This document shows positions 49,729-64,000 of a stretch of DNA of 64,000 bases, piece by piece. The stretch is from Nymphaea colorata (lineage: Eukaryota). How positions within the stretch are numbered: the stretch's first letter is position 1; the number at the start of each line of letters is the position of its first letter. The stretch is from positions 33,294,001 to 33,358,000 of the forward strand of contig NC_045138.2 of NCBI RefSeq assembly GCF_008831285.2, read 5' to 3'. A program made the translations under genes and the position numbers. The notes beneath the pieces are model-generated. The model was not told the DNA's origin, did not search any database, and saw only the letters and a list, made by a program, of their open reading frames with translations.

Positions 49729-52700
49729 GGTGATCAAAATAGGGCACCTGAAACTTCAACACATCACCAGCAATGCTACATGAAGATATTCTAATCCAAA
49801 AGCAGTACTCTTTTACTAAGCTTTGGAAACTTATAGCTAATCAGCAGAAACCCAAGTTCCTGCTAAAAAGCTTACATATCAGATTTCTCCCAATCTTAGC
49901 CGTAATCAACTGATAAGCCTTCCAAAATGCGACATAATCTCCAAATGTGAGAAGACTCTGATCTCCACAGTGAACATAAAATAATTATCACTTCATAATC
50001 GCCCCACACCCACCTAGAGGGGCGAGAAAAGTGTTCTTCTGTTATAGCGGCCAGAGTGGAAGGAAGCTTTATCAACTAAAAAGTTCCAATACAGGAAGTT
50101 TGGTGTGCGTCCTTGCCTGCAACAAATAAATTTGATACAATAATTTTAGAAGATAAATGATATAACCATTTTGACATAAGCACTTTTGTTTTCGCTTGCA
50201 AAAGTAAACTGATATAAGTACCAAATTTGGAAGGAAAGAAAACTGATATAAGAGTAGACTAGTGGGCTTGAACATAAAGTCAAGAATGAGAGAATTAGTT
50301 CCGGAATGTCCCTTAGTCTCCTATCTTGATGTTGTACATTCACTTCCTTTTGCATCTAAGAGACCTCCCATCAGACTTCTTCCTAACACTTAACAAGACA
50401 AGGCTTGTCAAAATGGTTAACATATTTAACATCTCCATTTATGTTCATATGATAAGAACCATGTCATAGCATGAATGTGAAAAGGCAAGCTGGACGGTTC
50501 CATAAGTATGATACCAGTATAAGCAGAAGCCCAACCACGACCACCACCCACCCAAAACTTCTCTCTTGCTTTCGTTGGTGTACCTTTTATTCTCTTAATA
50601 GTTAAAAAATTAATAAACAATTCGAAACACCATGAAAAATAAGCAACCTAACCCTCCTTTGCATGTAGTTCGAGGAAAATACAGTATTTCTCTTTCAAAT
50701 TAGGATGCAGCTCATTCCAAAACAACTTTTCTCCAGTTGCTGATGTTCCTTCCGCTGTCATGCTTCAAGAAGCCAGCAATGCACTTGCGAGGGTGCGCTA
50801 CTTTTAAGAAACTGTGCAGACATGAGATATAGGCATCCATTATCGAACTACTCCAAGTTTATAGCCCTTTAATCTGGACCGTAATATTTCCATCACTCCT
50901 GTTCCTTATCCTTCTTTCTGTTGGGTTCTGGAGCATTTTGGTTAGAACGAAAAGAACTGTATTCTATCTGTGGATATAACGCAAAATAATATAAAGATGA
51001 AGTCCATTCTACTTTCTAGCCTTGCAGGAAAGCGAATATTAAAAATTTTGATAAGCAAATATAACTGAACATCATAACTTCGAGAAGGATAAGAGCAGTT
51101 CCTAAGAGGCGCCAATCAGTTATCCATATTTTCGAATCACGCACGAAACCAAGAAGGAACTGAGAATATGGCAAGCTTTGCGAAGCTAAAGGCACATAAA
51201 AGAAGGAAGCCAATTCAAAAATTAACCAGAAGCAACCAAACATCCGTATGAGAAAAAGATCGGGAAAGGCGGTTAGTACATAATCCCGTCTCCCAATAGA
51301 CCTATTAAAAAAAAGTGCAGAAGGAAAAACTCAGAAAAGAGGCTTGAATTTTCACATACAAATTATGCCTCCACTTAAAGTAAAGAACAAGAGAGTTCAG
51401 TTTCAATCACGAAAAACGACAAAATGAAAGACAGTGAGCAAATTCATAAGACATAGGTCAAAATCCAATCTGAGATTGATAGCATCGCGTCAAAGAAAAA
51501 AATGAAAGAGAAAATAAACAGTCGTTTGAAGAAACCACAAGACTTGCCAAAAAAAACGAAGGACACAACGTACAAAAAGAAGAAGAAGAAAAGCCGTCTC
51601 CGTGTCCGTACTCGCTCAAAACCAGACGAGATTCACAAGAAAAGGAGGAACAAAGTAATTACCCTCTCGTCCTCTAGAAATTCATCCACGCAAACCTCGA
51701 CTCGCACCCCTAGACGCCCTCCACGAATCTCTCATCAGAAAACACAGATCCAAGGAGGAAGTCGATATCTCACCTTCTCCCGGCCAGATTGGCACGAAGC
51801 GCAGCTCCGTCAGCGATCTGCAGCGGTGGAATCTGGCTGGAAAACGTCGTCGGGCAAAGAACCGATCGGAGTCCGGAAATTGCGCACCTCCTCTGCGTGC
51901 TTCAAAATTTCCCCTAATTCCTTAGTTTTTCTTCTGCCAGACAAGTGGCGCGTCGATTGCTGGATGGCTGGGAGAGAGAGGGCGGCTCCGGGGATTATAT
52001 AAGGGCGGAGGAGGAGGGAGAGGGTAGGCGTGAACGCAGGCGCCACCGCCACCTGCGAGATTTTTGACCCCCCAACTTTATTTTTTTAGGGTTCGCGAAA
52101 ATAAATGCAAAGATTCGACCTGCTTGCTGCAAATTTAACACACACTTGAATGAAAAGATTTGAAGAGAGAAGGTTCTACCCCTGCGATGATACAAGTTTT
52201 TACGTTCCAAAGTACGTAACGAGAGTTTTCCGGTTTAAGCAACGCGTTGAATAAGAAATGATATATGTTTTTTTGAACTATACAAAATAACACGGTCGTG
52301 AATTTACAAATTATGTCGGCCATATTTGTAGGGCGAAAATTATTGCATTGAACAGAAAAAGGTGGAAAACATGGAGTGCAGATCATATTTTTGTGAATAA
52401 AATCTGATTTATGTGTGACATGCAAATTTTTTTATTTCTTATAGATTTTGACTTTTTTGATATGGCTAGATTCATTGAAACTCATTTGGTGCTGGACGCA
52501 AAAGCATGTCAGCCTCATAGAAGAAAAATTATATAATATACATTGTATTGTATATATATATATATATATTTTTTTTTTTTAAAAAAGAAAAAAAAAAAGC
52601 AGCTGCCCATTTGATTAAGAAAAATGGGTAGATAGCTCGTTTTGATGCCCAAAACGCAATGCCGTAGAACACTATTCCAGTGTTGCATAAATCCGTGATA

Positions 52701-53443
52701 AACTGAGACCGATTTACGAACATAATGTTATATGAATCTTTGAGACAGATACTGTGTATATATATCAACAAGTATCGTATTTATTGTCTTTCCTATGTGA
52801 AATCATTTGCCATTTATCACCCATTACAAATGGATGAGCTGTTCCAGTAAATAGAAAAAGAAAAAGAAATAAATATGAGAAGATATTGTTGACATTATAG
52901 ACTGTATTTTTCTTTGGAAAGATGCACATTTCAAGGGAGGCAGACATGTAAAACCAAAGGCAGTAGCACATGGGAAGGGTTTGAGACTTGAATGGCTTAC
53001 AATTCGTGAAGCGAATCACCCCTAGTGCAAAGATAATTACTTTTTATTTTGGTTTCTTTGAAGATCGATCACATCTACGTAAATCAACTTCGAGTATAGC
53101 GAGTGGTACGTAACATACACTAATTAATGTGATCAAAAGGGTACTCTCTTCTTCAGGAAACCAGATTTTATATTCACGTCATTTCATCTACTTGCTACAC
53201 ATTGAGTGTTCAAATTATCAAAAAAGAAATGGGAAGAGGTTGAATAAAGCACTGCTTTCAATTTTACTTAAACAAAAGTTGAACAACTGCTAAGTCAACT
53301 GCAGAGCTACCACACTGTGGGCTGTGAATTTTAAATGGAAAATAAACTTAGGTCCTAGCTCCAGCCATATGAACTGCCCCGGAAGAGGGCCTGCCCTAGT
53401 GAGCATAAACTTCTGGCTGTGCTACAACCAACCACCTTTCTTG

Positions 53444-53578
53444 TGCAATTATGGGTGGGCCTAGTTCAGCTCAAGCTCGGCCTGATTCAACCTCCACCAG
53501 GCCCCCAGGCTTGGGTTGAACCTACCCCCGGACCGGGCGGCCAACAGACCCCCGGTCCGATGCTTACCCGTAATTGCA
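53444..53578. mobile_element. Possible MITE relic
   Basis: 13-bp inverted repeat TGCAATTATGGGT / ACCCGTAATTGCA (1 mismatch) and an internal hairpin GGACCGGG..CCCGGTCC; no TSD found. Confidence 0.4.
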
Positions 53579-56137
53579 ATCCAAAACTATTTGGTGGCAA
53601 TGGCCTAGAAGTTCACCTACTAGGCTGGATCTCTCTCCGCATGTTGCTTGGGGCTTTTAATGTTCATCAAGGGGCTGGTTGCAATGGAGGTTGACTTTGT
53701 GCTATGCACTTTCCAGGAAAGTCATTTAACAAGAAATTTCATACAGTTTAGGTCAACTTGTTAAGAGGCATTGAGTGGTGGAGCAAATTCTAAAACATTA
53801 TAGTAGGCTTAATCTTGCAACTGTTCAAGGCAAAGTTGCTCTTAAGTGCTCCTGATCTTTCTTCAACTACCGAATGTTTAGCTTCATTTGGACATATATT
53901 TTAAATACAACCTATGAAAAAGGATTCTCTTCATCGGAAGAAACTTGAGGCTTGTTGGACTACTTTTGAAGCCAAGGTATGGCATTTAACCAAATTAATC
54001 CAAGTTGACGATGGCAAGACAAAAGTTTTCTGATTAAAAAAACAAGTCAATGGATTGAATCTGCTTGAGCATGTAAACCCCCCCCCTGTTTTCGCACCTA
54101 GATTCGAGGTTGTGTTAATCAACCCTAGCTTAATTGAAACATCTACAAAGAGATCTGCCTATGTCATTGGAGCCAAAGACCATGTCTTAATTGCTAAATA
54201 TTTTTCTATTGAACATGGAAAAGCCATATTATTTTTTTCTTTTGTCAAACTTTGTATATAGTGACATCAAGCAAACTATGGGTCAAAATGTTCCTTCAAG
54301 GTTTCAAAAGACAGATCATAACCAGCAAGGGCATAACTAACTTTTCCAAATTTCACATAAATGAGGGTAGTAGTTGCTCCTTAGATCAATGTTAAATGGG
54401 CAAGCACATAGATCCGAAGTTTTTGAACGTAGTTCAGGACACCGAAAGCAGAGGGAATGAGAGGGCCTTTGGGCTTCTTTTTTTTGGCGACAGAAATGAA
54501 CTTTCCGCTCGTCCAAAAAAAAAAATGTGAAGCAAGACGCGCACTTTATGTAATTTAAAAAGTGACAGGGAGAGAATAGTGAGTGTGGAGTTGAAGAAGA
54601 ACATCTTAGGTTCATTCAACAATATCGAGACACTCTTGGTTAGCAACGCCCTGCGCATTACTTTATATAAAGCGATTATTCTTTTGAATGTGATTCGAAG
54701 AAAAACGCGCCTCTTTTTGCTCATTCCTTGCATAAGCATCCAAGTAACATCGATTAACAAATGCTCCATGCGTAAAGCAGTGGCTCTTGCATCTCCATGG
54801 AGCATCATTATGCTTAGGGTTTGTAGGAAAAGGACGTGTGATGCAGGCCGACGTTTTCAAGTTAAAAAAAAATATATATATATTCGGACAAGGACATAAA
54901 GATATGAAATTTTAAAATAATAATAATAGTAGTTAATAATAGGGTTTTAGCAACTTAATAGCTAGAGCTATCATTATTCAAGTAGATTTATGATACAATA
55001 CCACAATGTGTTCCATGCATCTCATCCAATTGGCAAACGAGCCCTAATCGGATCATATGACTCATACTTACAATGGCGTGCGACCGGGCAGCAAAGATTT
55101 TAGGTCGCGATAAATTAATTTCAAAATATGTTTACATGTTCTTGTTTTTTAAAAAGATACTTATAATAATAATTTGTCATGGAGCCATAACTGATTCATT
55201 GGATCACCAGCTGGACTCGAATTGATGAGTTATGTTTACCCACGCAATTCACTGAAAGAACTACAAAGAAGAAGGAATTCAGATAGAGTTTACTTTTGGT
55301 TAAAAAATTTAGAACTATTAGAAAGGTAGAATGCCTGAGCACGCCCGTGTCTGGTCTTCCAAGTGACACTTTTCACTGTGCACTTATATGGAAGAAAAAA
55401 TGTTTGGTTGGTCTTGGGCGTTATAGTTTCAAATGATGCTGCTAAACACTCCCACCACATATAACTCCACCTACTTCTCTTATGTGAAAGGAAAGGACGA
55501 GAGAAGACGAAGATACAATGATCCTTTTGAGAACAGTAACACGTGTATAAATGTGTTGCTGTCTTATGAATCTGCTTCAAAAAAATGAGACAGGTACATA
55601 TCATATAGTAAACTCACCCAGAGTATGCTGGATGACTTCTTGGTCGGCCTATTTCTGGCCTTATATAAAGTAAAGTCAAATTTAATTTATCAATTCATTT
55701 AATAATCTACACATGTAAAAAAGCTTGAATATATAGCACCCACAGGAATTCAACTACCAATTTGTCTTTTAACCAAACCAAGTATGTCATGCCCCTTCAA
55801 GCAAAAAAAAAAAAAAAAAAAATCTTTTGTGCCTCATTTTTTTTAGGGTTTAGGGCTTCAATACATTTTGTTTGTATCAAGATGCCATGAAAACTCAGCC
55901 CCTTTCTGCTTGAATGGAATAGGGGTGATAGAGAATGGCAGTGGTAGAATGAAGAGGTCCAATGCAAATCTGCTAAGAGAGACTGCTCCCATTTCCTTTT
56001 ATTGAATCAAAGGACTGCTAAGTTATAGTTTATACAAAACTTTTTGGTCATCCATCTACCGGTAGTAATATTTTATTGTCTCATCTTTCCCTTCAAGGTA
56101 CTAGACTCGCTTTTAGTGTCTTAATATGATCACATTG

Positions 56138-56360
56138 CAATAGTGGAACCAGAAAATTTTCATAAGGAGAGCCAAATTAAAGTTTTTAAATTTTGATTTG
56201 AATAGAAATATCATTTTTCAAAATTCTTATATCAAACAAGTAAAAATTTTCAAAATTCTTATATCAAACAAGTGAAAATTTTCAAAAATTTATCTGTAAA
56301 TTTTTTTTTTTTTAAGGTAGGGCCATTGCCCTTGCTCGCTCTACCCTGGCTCCGCTTCTG
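56138..56360. mobile_element. Possible hAT-type MITE relic containing a 32-bp tandem duplication
   Basis: Ends CAATAGTGGAACCAG / CTGGCTCCGCTTCTG resemble CAG..GCGGAGCCAG-type TIRs. The repeat CAAAATTCTTATATCAAACAAGT starts at 56219 and 56251. No TSD. Confidence 0.4.
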
Positions 56361-57121
56361 CTGCTTTATGCTTCGACTTATATATTGGTGTCCCTATGTA
56401 CTAACTCTTTTCGAGATCAATAACCCCCCTTTGCAATAATAGAAACAACCCCCCATTTGCAATAATAAAAACAACACCTGAACTTCAATTTAGAGAAAAG
56501 AAGAAAGCATTGTTAGGCCTTTTTTTAGACAGTATCTTAAATGTTGGAAATGACAAAAAAAAAAAAAAACTATAGTTGTAAGACCCGTAAATTTTTTATA
56601 TTTTTGAAGCTGCAGGTTTCAATTTATGGATTTTGTTTCGTGGTTGTGAGGAAAAAAAAAATAATGAGACCGGATTTCAGAACTCATGTTTTGTGTATTT
56701 CTATTTTTTGTAAAATGTGATTTTCTCAAGTTCTGCTTTCCTCTTTATTAGAAGGGGGGGGAGGGTCTTCACTCTTCTGGTTTACTATCAAAGGCATCTT
56801 TCTATTTCAGCTCTGTAACATACAGTCTCGCTGTTGGGTAGTAGAAAATAATGCCGGTATTAGAATATTAAAAAAATTACGATACACTTAAAATTACGTA
56901 AGAAAGGGTGGTCCGGATCGAAATTTTTTGTGGCTGCTTTCTTTTTGGGGTTTTGGGGAGGCACGTGGCCGCAAGGGTTTTGTGGCTTGTTTTGTGAGTA
57001 GTTATTTGGAGGCAGAAATTTGGCGGTGGATTTCCCGCGGAGCTGTACGGTCCCACCGGATCGATGCTCTTCTAAGTTTTCGTATGCCAATACTTCTCCC
57101 TCCTAGCTCCGTCCCTCTGGG

Positions 57122-59179
57122 ATGGCCGCTTTCGTTCCGTCTAGGCTGATCCGGCGGCTCCCCCGACCGATTCGTTTCCTCCATAGGTGCCTTCCCTCCG
57201 TCTCTTTGCCTCATGATTCGTCCAATAGCTCCAAATGCGTCTCGGAGAGACGACCTCCACCTCCGGGCGACAAGCGGATCGACTTCTCGACATTTAGGGC
57301 AAACTGTAGGGTTTTCTGCAGCAGACCTGCTAATTCAGGGAATTTGCAGGCGCCGGCAGCGATCGACTACAGGTGCGGGCGGTTCTTCCGTTCCTTCCCC
57401 CCGTTTTCCTTTTTCTTTTTCTAGTATATATGGATCATGTCGCCGTGCAAACGTTGTCGGAAATGGAGTCCGTGCTATATTTTGTAGCTTTTGGTAACTT
57501 TTCTGTGAATCTTCTGTCGGCGGTCTATGTTCTGACTTCTGGGTAGATTCTCTCTATCGGTTGCTTCGTGTGTACCTTTTTCTCCTGGCCTTTATTTTCG
57601 TTTTCATGTCGAGAAATTGCAAAGGTGTCATAAAACCTCAATGGTTGTGCATTTTGTTCAACGTTTCAGTATTTGGATCAATGAAGTTCCAGGTTCCTGT
57701 TAGTACATTTCTGTTGTTATTCACGATCGCTGAACTCCGTCCAACGTGTCCTTGTTTTTGTTGATATCGAGTATCCAAACTGTGGAATGTCGTAGTTTTG
57801 AGTTATTTGATAGCAGGACAAGCTGTTGCTTAATTTGAATTTAGCCTCCTGAAAGCGGTGAAGTGAGTAAGTTTGAAAAACTGTTGACTGGACAACGGTA
57901 GAGGGTCTTGCATAAAATTGATGATGTAAAGCTCGTAAAAGGCACTATTTGAGTCACATTATTGAGTTGTTTCCAGATTATTGTTTCAAGAAATAACAAG
58001 AGATTTAGAAGATGCATGAAGAGTTCAATATGTTATTTTGTTGCAAAACTGATGCTATCGTGGTATGTACTAGGCTAGACTCTAGAGATAAAATTAATTA
58101 GTTAGTAAGCTGGCATATGATAAACAATGGACAGTGGTGATCTCTTTGATGAGAGGCAATAATAATTGTGCTATTATTTGTAGCAAAAGTTTTACCTACA
58201 AAAAACATGCTATATTATGAGGAACATGGACAGTGATTTTGATGAGGTAATTGTCCAGTAGAGAAATATTTCTCTATTGGACCTTAAATAAGTCACAGCT
58301 TGGTGCATCATCGAACCTGTGTAGGACATAATAATAGAACAAGCTAGTGATGGCACAAGTTCAAGATTTGGCAAGTGCAATTATTTATGCATTTTGAACA
58401 GTTGATCTCAGTCTGTTAGTTTGTGACTATATTCTAAACGACAATATCAGTGACAGCAAGTCCATGATGTAGTGAAAATTGAAAAAGATAAGGTGGCAGC
58501 ACTGCAAGGTTGAATTTTGTAGCAGTTAGGAGGTATGTTAGTGAAGAGGGAGAGTTCTCTTAGATAAGGTACAATGCCCATCTTCATATTCTTTTAGACT
58601 GGTACCTGTATTTACTTTATATTGTTGTTAGGGTTATTTTGATTCGTAAAAGAGAGAAATTAGTGAAAGTGGGCACAAGAGTGATTTCTTATAGTGTCTA
58701 GCAAGTAAGGAGGAGGCAAAACAAGATATGTTCTCAATGCCTAGTCTAAGTCTACGACTCTACATATATTGCTATGGGTCAATATTTTCTGTCATTGCGC
58801 AAAATGAGGTGAAAGATGTTTTGCATGACAATATTTTCTGTCGTTGTGCAAAAATGAGGTGGAAGAAAACTAAGTCACACGGGTGCACCAAATATGGTGG
58901 TGCACCTATGTTGGTGCAGATGTGGGTGGAGCCCTACATGGCACCCAACCCGGTAAAACGGAATTAGATGCTATTGACCGCACCCGTTCTTCTTTTCTCT
59001 TGTTTTTTTTTTCATTTTTTTCCTTCTTCTATCTTTTTCTCTTCTTTTTTCCCTCTTCTCTCTCTCCTCCCCTATTTTATTTAGTAAAACTTTGAATTTT
59101 GTATGAGATTAAGGTAACCTTGATAAAAAAGAAGTTTAAAAATATAGACAAATAAAATTACTTAGATAACAGATAATAT

Positions 59180-59273
<94 letters not shown>

Positions 59274-62200
59274 TCTCGCTGCACTCCACCCAATTTTTTT
59301 GCCACATCCCGCAGCGGCACCCTCAGAGCACCTGCACCCTGCACCCACGTATAGAAGAAAATAACAGATGTGGTTTTGGTAGCATGATTTTGGTTGGATT
59401 TTGGCTGGATTACATATTTACCAGATCTTTTCTCCAATGTAACCTTATATAAGTAAATGATAACAGTTAGCTTTTGAGTTCACTGACATGCCCATGAATG
59501 TGGTATGTTTTTGTTGAAAAGTGCATAGAGTTAATCATGATGTTTTCATAGCATTTTTGCTGTTTCTGGATTGCTATGATATTGCAGTCAGACTAGGCCA
59601 TCTCTTGAACTGCTTAAATAGTGATCTTGTGCATTGGGGTTAGTTTTGTCCTTCAATTGGTGGTGGCATCAGGCATGGCTTTAGTAAGTTCAATATGGAA
59701 GATCACAGCAAAGAAATATTCATCTTTGATTTAGATTATCACCATGTAGAATCTGTATCCCTACGACAAAGGGTAATGGACATACTTTAAAACCACAATT
59801 TATGAAATGTGAAGACCATTGTGATATGGATTTCCAGAGGAGAAACATAACTTCAATAGCTATGCAGATATGGGTGAGTTTTATGATGAGAGACATCTAA
59901 GTAGTTTGACATATTGTGTCTCCTTTCTGGTTTGGCCTTATATTCATTGTACACCTGAGTGTGCATCTTCTCCGTGAGGCAGCATTGGTCTTGGATACTC
60001 ATCTGGACAAGTGGTAAGTGGGTATCTTTGCTCATATTTTGGTGATAAATTTCTGAGATTTTTCTTAAGCAAATGCCTCAGGCCGTCAACTATAACACTT
60101 CATTTTTGCCAGCATGCCATAGTCTTTTTTGTTTTGTCCTGCTTTGGCCTTTGGGCTTATACTGTATAGAAACTTATTTGGATATGTCTAATAGTTAATG
60201 TTGCCTTTCAGTTCTTTATTGCAGGAGGATGAATTTCATAAGTTAGCCGATGCGACAATCCATGCACTGCAGGAGAAGTTGGAGGTAAGATTCCATCCCT
60301 GCTATAGTAGGAGGCTTTTCTTTTTGTGATTGAGGTCATGCATTCTTGTCTGAATTCTCCTGCATCAACTATTTAGGGTGCAAATCATGCGTTGCATAAA
60401 ACTGGTGTATACTTCAGTGCCTTGATGTTGTCCAAGCATCACTAAGTCTTGCTAGTCTTTTAGGGAATTTCAAGATGAATATGACTGTATGCTTATGGGT
60501 ATTCAAATAATATCTTTTGAATACAAAAAATATCTCTAGAATTTGATAGTCGTCGCAATGCATTCTTATCTCCTAGATTCCTAATGATGTGTTATATATT
60601 TCAGTTTTCTTGTATGCAAAAGTTAGGTATATATCACTATCTCTTATGCTTGCCTGTGTTGGTAACTTTTAAACTTGAACTTGAGGAGAGCTTTCAAAGC
60701 TGAATTAATATGTTAATTATTAAACAGAATTTATTCATTCTTATCAAGTCTTCTTGTGGTGGTTAATTTTGTGTAGTATTGACCACTGTGATCTTCTCAT
60801 CTAATTGGTGTAAAGGCGAATTGTATTTCACAATCTTGATATGCATAACAATTTCCTGTATATGTATATGTATCATTGTATATATAGATGTGATGAGGTA
60901 TGTTCTACTCTTAGTGTCTTGTACTCTTTGTCCAGAGGGTCTCTCACTTTTTTCTGGCCTGTAGGTCCCCACATATGTATTATTACCCACTTGCTCTCTG
61001 TACACCATCTGAAAATATTATGGGCGGAAAATCTACATGGGGACAAAAAGAAGTGTGGTCTCTTATGTTTAGCTGTGAGTGGAAGTGAATGGAGAAGTAT
61101 GATCTTTTTTATATAATGCAAGGCACAATTGAAATTGAGCATGATGGTGCAAAATGACGAGATTACGGTTATCTTCTGTGACTACTGCATTTGGATAGAA
61201 ACTAAACCACTATTTCAAAAAATCATGTCATTTTGCTATCTGAGAAGGGTTTTAGATCTTGCAGCAACCAAAGCTTCTTTTATGTCATGATCTGAAAGAT
61301 ATTTTTCTTCTTAATTTGTCTTTTGCAATTAACATCTTCTATGTGTACTTAACCATAACAACCTTTCGACAGGAATATGGTGATGGCTGTCAGATAGATG
61401 GTTTTGATGTAGATTATGGGGTAAACTTCCTACTTCTGACATTGCAAACTTCTTTTGGTGTTCAATGTACAGTTCTTTAATTATTTTTTGGTTTCATTCA
61501 TTTTGCAGAATGAAGTTTTGACCTTAAAGCTTGGGAGTCTTGGTACCTATGTGATAAACAAGCAAACTCCAAATAGGCAAATATGGTTATCCTCTCCAGT
61601 AAGGTATTCCTGATGAAACTTTTTATGAACAAAAAAAAGTTCTACAGTTACTGATTATTAATGTATTATTGGCACACTGTTTATAGTTTACCACTGTGAA
61701 GTAAAATTTCCTACATCTTGAGTAGTTTAGTTCTGTTGAAGGATAAACTCTTGCCTTGTGCTTTGCACACATTGTTGTAGTTAAGTTGGGTGTTCATATG
61801 TATGTGTGCGCAAGTGGCCTTTGTTAGTGATTAAGGAAATTTGAATGCTGCCTAATAAGTAACTGAAACACATGAAATGAGCTCCTTGTAAGCAGTTTCG
61901 TGATTGCAACATGCAAAACTATGCATTTCAGTGTCAAAACTCTTTTTTGAGGCTGCTTACCAGCTCCACAGGTTGAAACTTGATGTTTTGAGTTTGTTTG
62001 GCTTAAGAAAACTTCAAAGTTCTGGTGAGTTGGGAACGATTTTCTGGAGACGTGTATTCAAGGGTGTACATTGATAGTGAAAGGAACTCCATTTTTACCT
62101 CAAGTGCTGCCTCCAAAACAAAAACATTATCAGCAAAACTATCTGTTTTTACCTGTTATTTTTTTTTAAATCTAGTCACTTTTTCATAGTTGCTTCGGAT

Positions 62201-62430
62201 GTTTAGACTGTTTTGATCTTCCGATGTCAAGTTACATCTTCCACCATAATTGCTTAACGTCTTTTGCTCGTCATTTTGCTCACAATTGATTTACTTGCAG
62301 TGGGCCATCAAGGTTTGACTGGGATCAAGGAAGTCATGCATGGATTTACAGGCGAACGAAGGCAAACCTGTTGTCTCTTCTGGAAAACGAGCTGGCTGAG
62401 CTCTGTGGTGAACCCCTTAGTCTTTCATAG
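57122..62430 (+). CDS. FH: Frataxin, mitochondrial precursor, 5 exons, ~198 aa
   Basis: Exons 57122-57372, 60212-60284, 61373-61420, 61509-61603 and 62301-62430 join in frame. Arg/Ser-rich presequence, [11 protein letters not shown], and the frataxin signature [28 protein letters not shown]. Confidence 0.95.
58870..59353. mobile_element. hAT-type MITE with the same left TIR as 41960, in frataxin intron 1
   Basis: Starts CTAAGTCACACGGGT (identical to the first 15 nt at 41960); subterminal GCACC repeats; GAAGAAAA flanks both sides (58862-58869, 59354-59361); right TIR degenerate. Confidence 0.65.
59188..59271. repeat. (AT)n microsatellite, ~42 units
   Basis: Uninterrupted AT run inside the MITE. 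Confidence 0.95.
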
Positions 62431-64000
62431 AAACATTGAGACATGACTCAGCCAGGTATTTAGCTGGAAACTTATGGCTCTTCCACATATGACAACATCT
62501 TTGGAGCTGCTGCCTGAAATATCAGCCTTGGGCTTCCTTGATGTGACTGGTCTCTACCACTTGATTTATAACTGAGCTTGGTGTTTTAGCTAGATAAGAT
62601 TTTGTTTGTCTTTCTGCTTTCCTGATTGTAAAGGAATTGTCGTGGAGTGCAATTGGTTGGCAATGAGATAAACCTGCTTTCTGATATTTAAATGCTGCAG
62701 TTGGTGCTTTGGATTCGTGTTACATGATGTTCATTGGCGTAAGAGGTAATCATGTGGATGCAGTACCAAACCGTTACTCCTCAGGTCGTGGGACACGTCA
62801 CCATAGCCCACTTTAGGAACGGATGGCTTTTTGGAATTGGAGGGAAAGAAAAAAGCCATTTTCAAGTCGTGGCACCCACTTGGACGGTCTTCCTTTGGTG
62901 TTTGCCATCCATCCACTTCTCAAATGGCTGCTGGGTACCCAACTCCAAGGCTATCTCTACTTTGTTCTTCTTCCCGGCAGGCAATTTTGTATTCTTTTTT
63001 TACCACTTTGTTTCCTTTTTGTTTTTCTCTCTAGTTGTTTGGTTGTGGTGTGGTTAATTTAAAAGCCGTCGGGGACAGAAGCAGGTTTTAAAAATCTTGT
63101 AATTTTCACTAAAATGTTTCTGGGCAAAAAGAAATGTAAAGGACCTTCTCAAATCTTATTATCATCTTATATTTCTCATATATTTATCATATATTTATAC
63201 TTTAATATCGTCTTGTTTGTTATAATTGCATTTAAAAATTTGAGTTAACTGCGTCATTATATTCCTGAGAATCTCTTGAGAATAATATGCATGGTTTTGA
63301 ATGATTGGTAACGAGACTTGTCTATCCCTATTACTCCATACTATTATTTCGTAGCCCGTGATGCTGCGTGCAGTTGTGTTCCATCCACCAGGTGTGGCAA
63401 TCTGTGATATATCCTGAAATTTATTGTAACTATGAATAATCTCCCTTTTTTCCGAAGGGTTAAGGTGAACTGTAAGGATAAATTCTCATTTCAGGCTATT
63501 TTTCCAAAAAGGCCTGTTATATATATTAAATTCCTAACATATCGGTGTTTTCCATTTACACGGTTCGGTCCTTATTGAGTCCATAGTTGAGTGTATCGTT
63601 GATGCGATATGCTGGTCCTTATGTCGTTGTTTTCTCTGGGCACGGTACCTAAAATAAGTAGTGGTAGTTTTTGTGACTTGAAAAATCTCATGTGAGTTCC
63701 AATAATGAAAACAAGTGAAGTTTGCCGTGCAACAAACAGTACTATCTTTGCTGTCTTTTGTTTTACGTCAAGAGGGATACGGATTAGTTGCTAAGTCACT
63801 ATGCCTACTAAAACTTGCACGCTTTTGAACCTCCTAACGCTGGTTGGTGCTTTTACTTGTTTGCCTTTATATGAATGTTTTGTTATATTTCACTGTTGTC
63901 AAACAACTCGTTAAGACCGATGGATATTCTAATGGACCAATGTAGCAGTTGGGCCCCTCAATTTGTTGTGAAGGGTGCATCCATTATGCGTTTTAAAATC

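Noticed and set aside
51502..52002. 166-aa lysine-rich plus-strand ORF
   Set aside because: It is antisense to the T-rich 5'-UTR and intron of the LRR gene and is low complexity.
54434..54899. Overlapping ORFs of more than 100 aa on both strands
   Set aside because: No recognisable domain or splice structure; a BLASTX hit would be needed to call a gene fragment.
55842..55855. Two TTTAGGG telomere units
   Set aside because: Too short for an interstitial telomere; at most a telo-box.

Overview
Plant (angiosperm) nuclear DNA with intron-containing genes; the species cannot be determined from the sequence alone. Gene order: SPOROCYTELESS-like EAR repressor (SPEAR/TIE type, +), PLAC8/CNR-family gene (-), two intronless G-type lectin S-receptor-like kinases (-), 5' exonuclease Apollo/SNM1B (-), PHOS32/34-type universal stress protein (+), LRR protein resembling MASP1 (-), and mitochondrial frataxin (+). 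The main structure is an old tandem duplication of a ~6.3-kb unit (receptor kinase plus the last exon of Apollo), joined near 26,787. The Apollo fragment in the left copy is a pseudogene split by a full-length decayed Ty1/Copia element (20,715-25,971, CAAGT target duplication). The two kinases are a mosaic of near-identical and clearly diverged segments, suggesting gene conversion that spared the S-domain. Several hAT and Tourist-type non-autonomous elements lie in introns, one nested inside another. The Apollo leader carries a chain of stop/start-coupled uORFs. I found no tRNA, rRNA or CRISPR, and nothing I can support as a wholly new biological system. Exon models were derived by eye from GT/AG sites and frame continuity.
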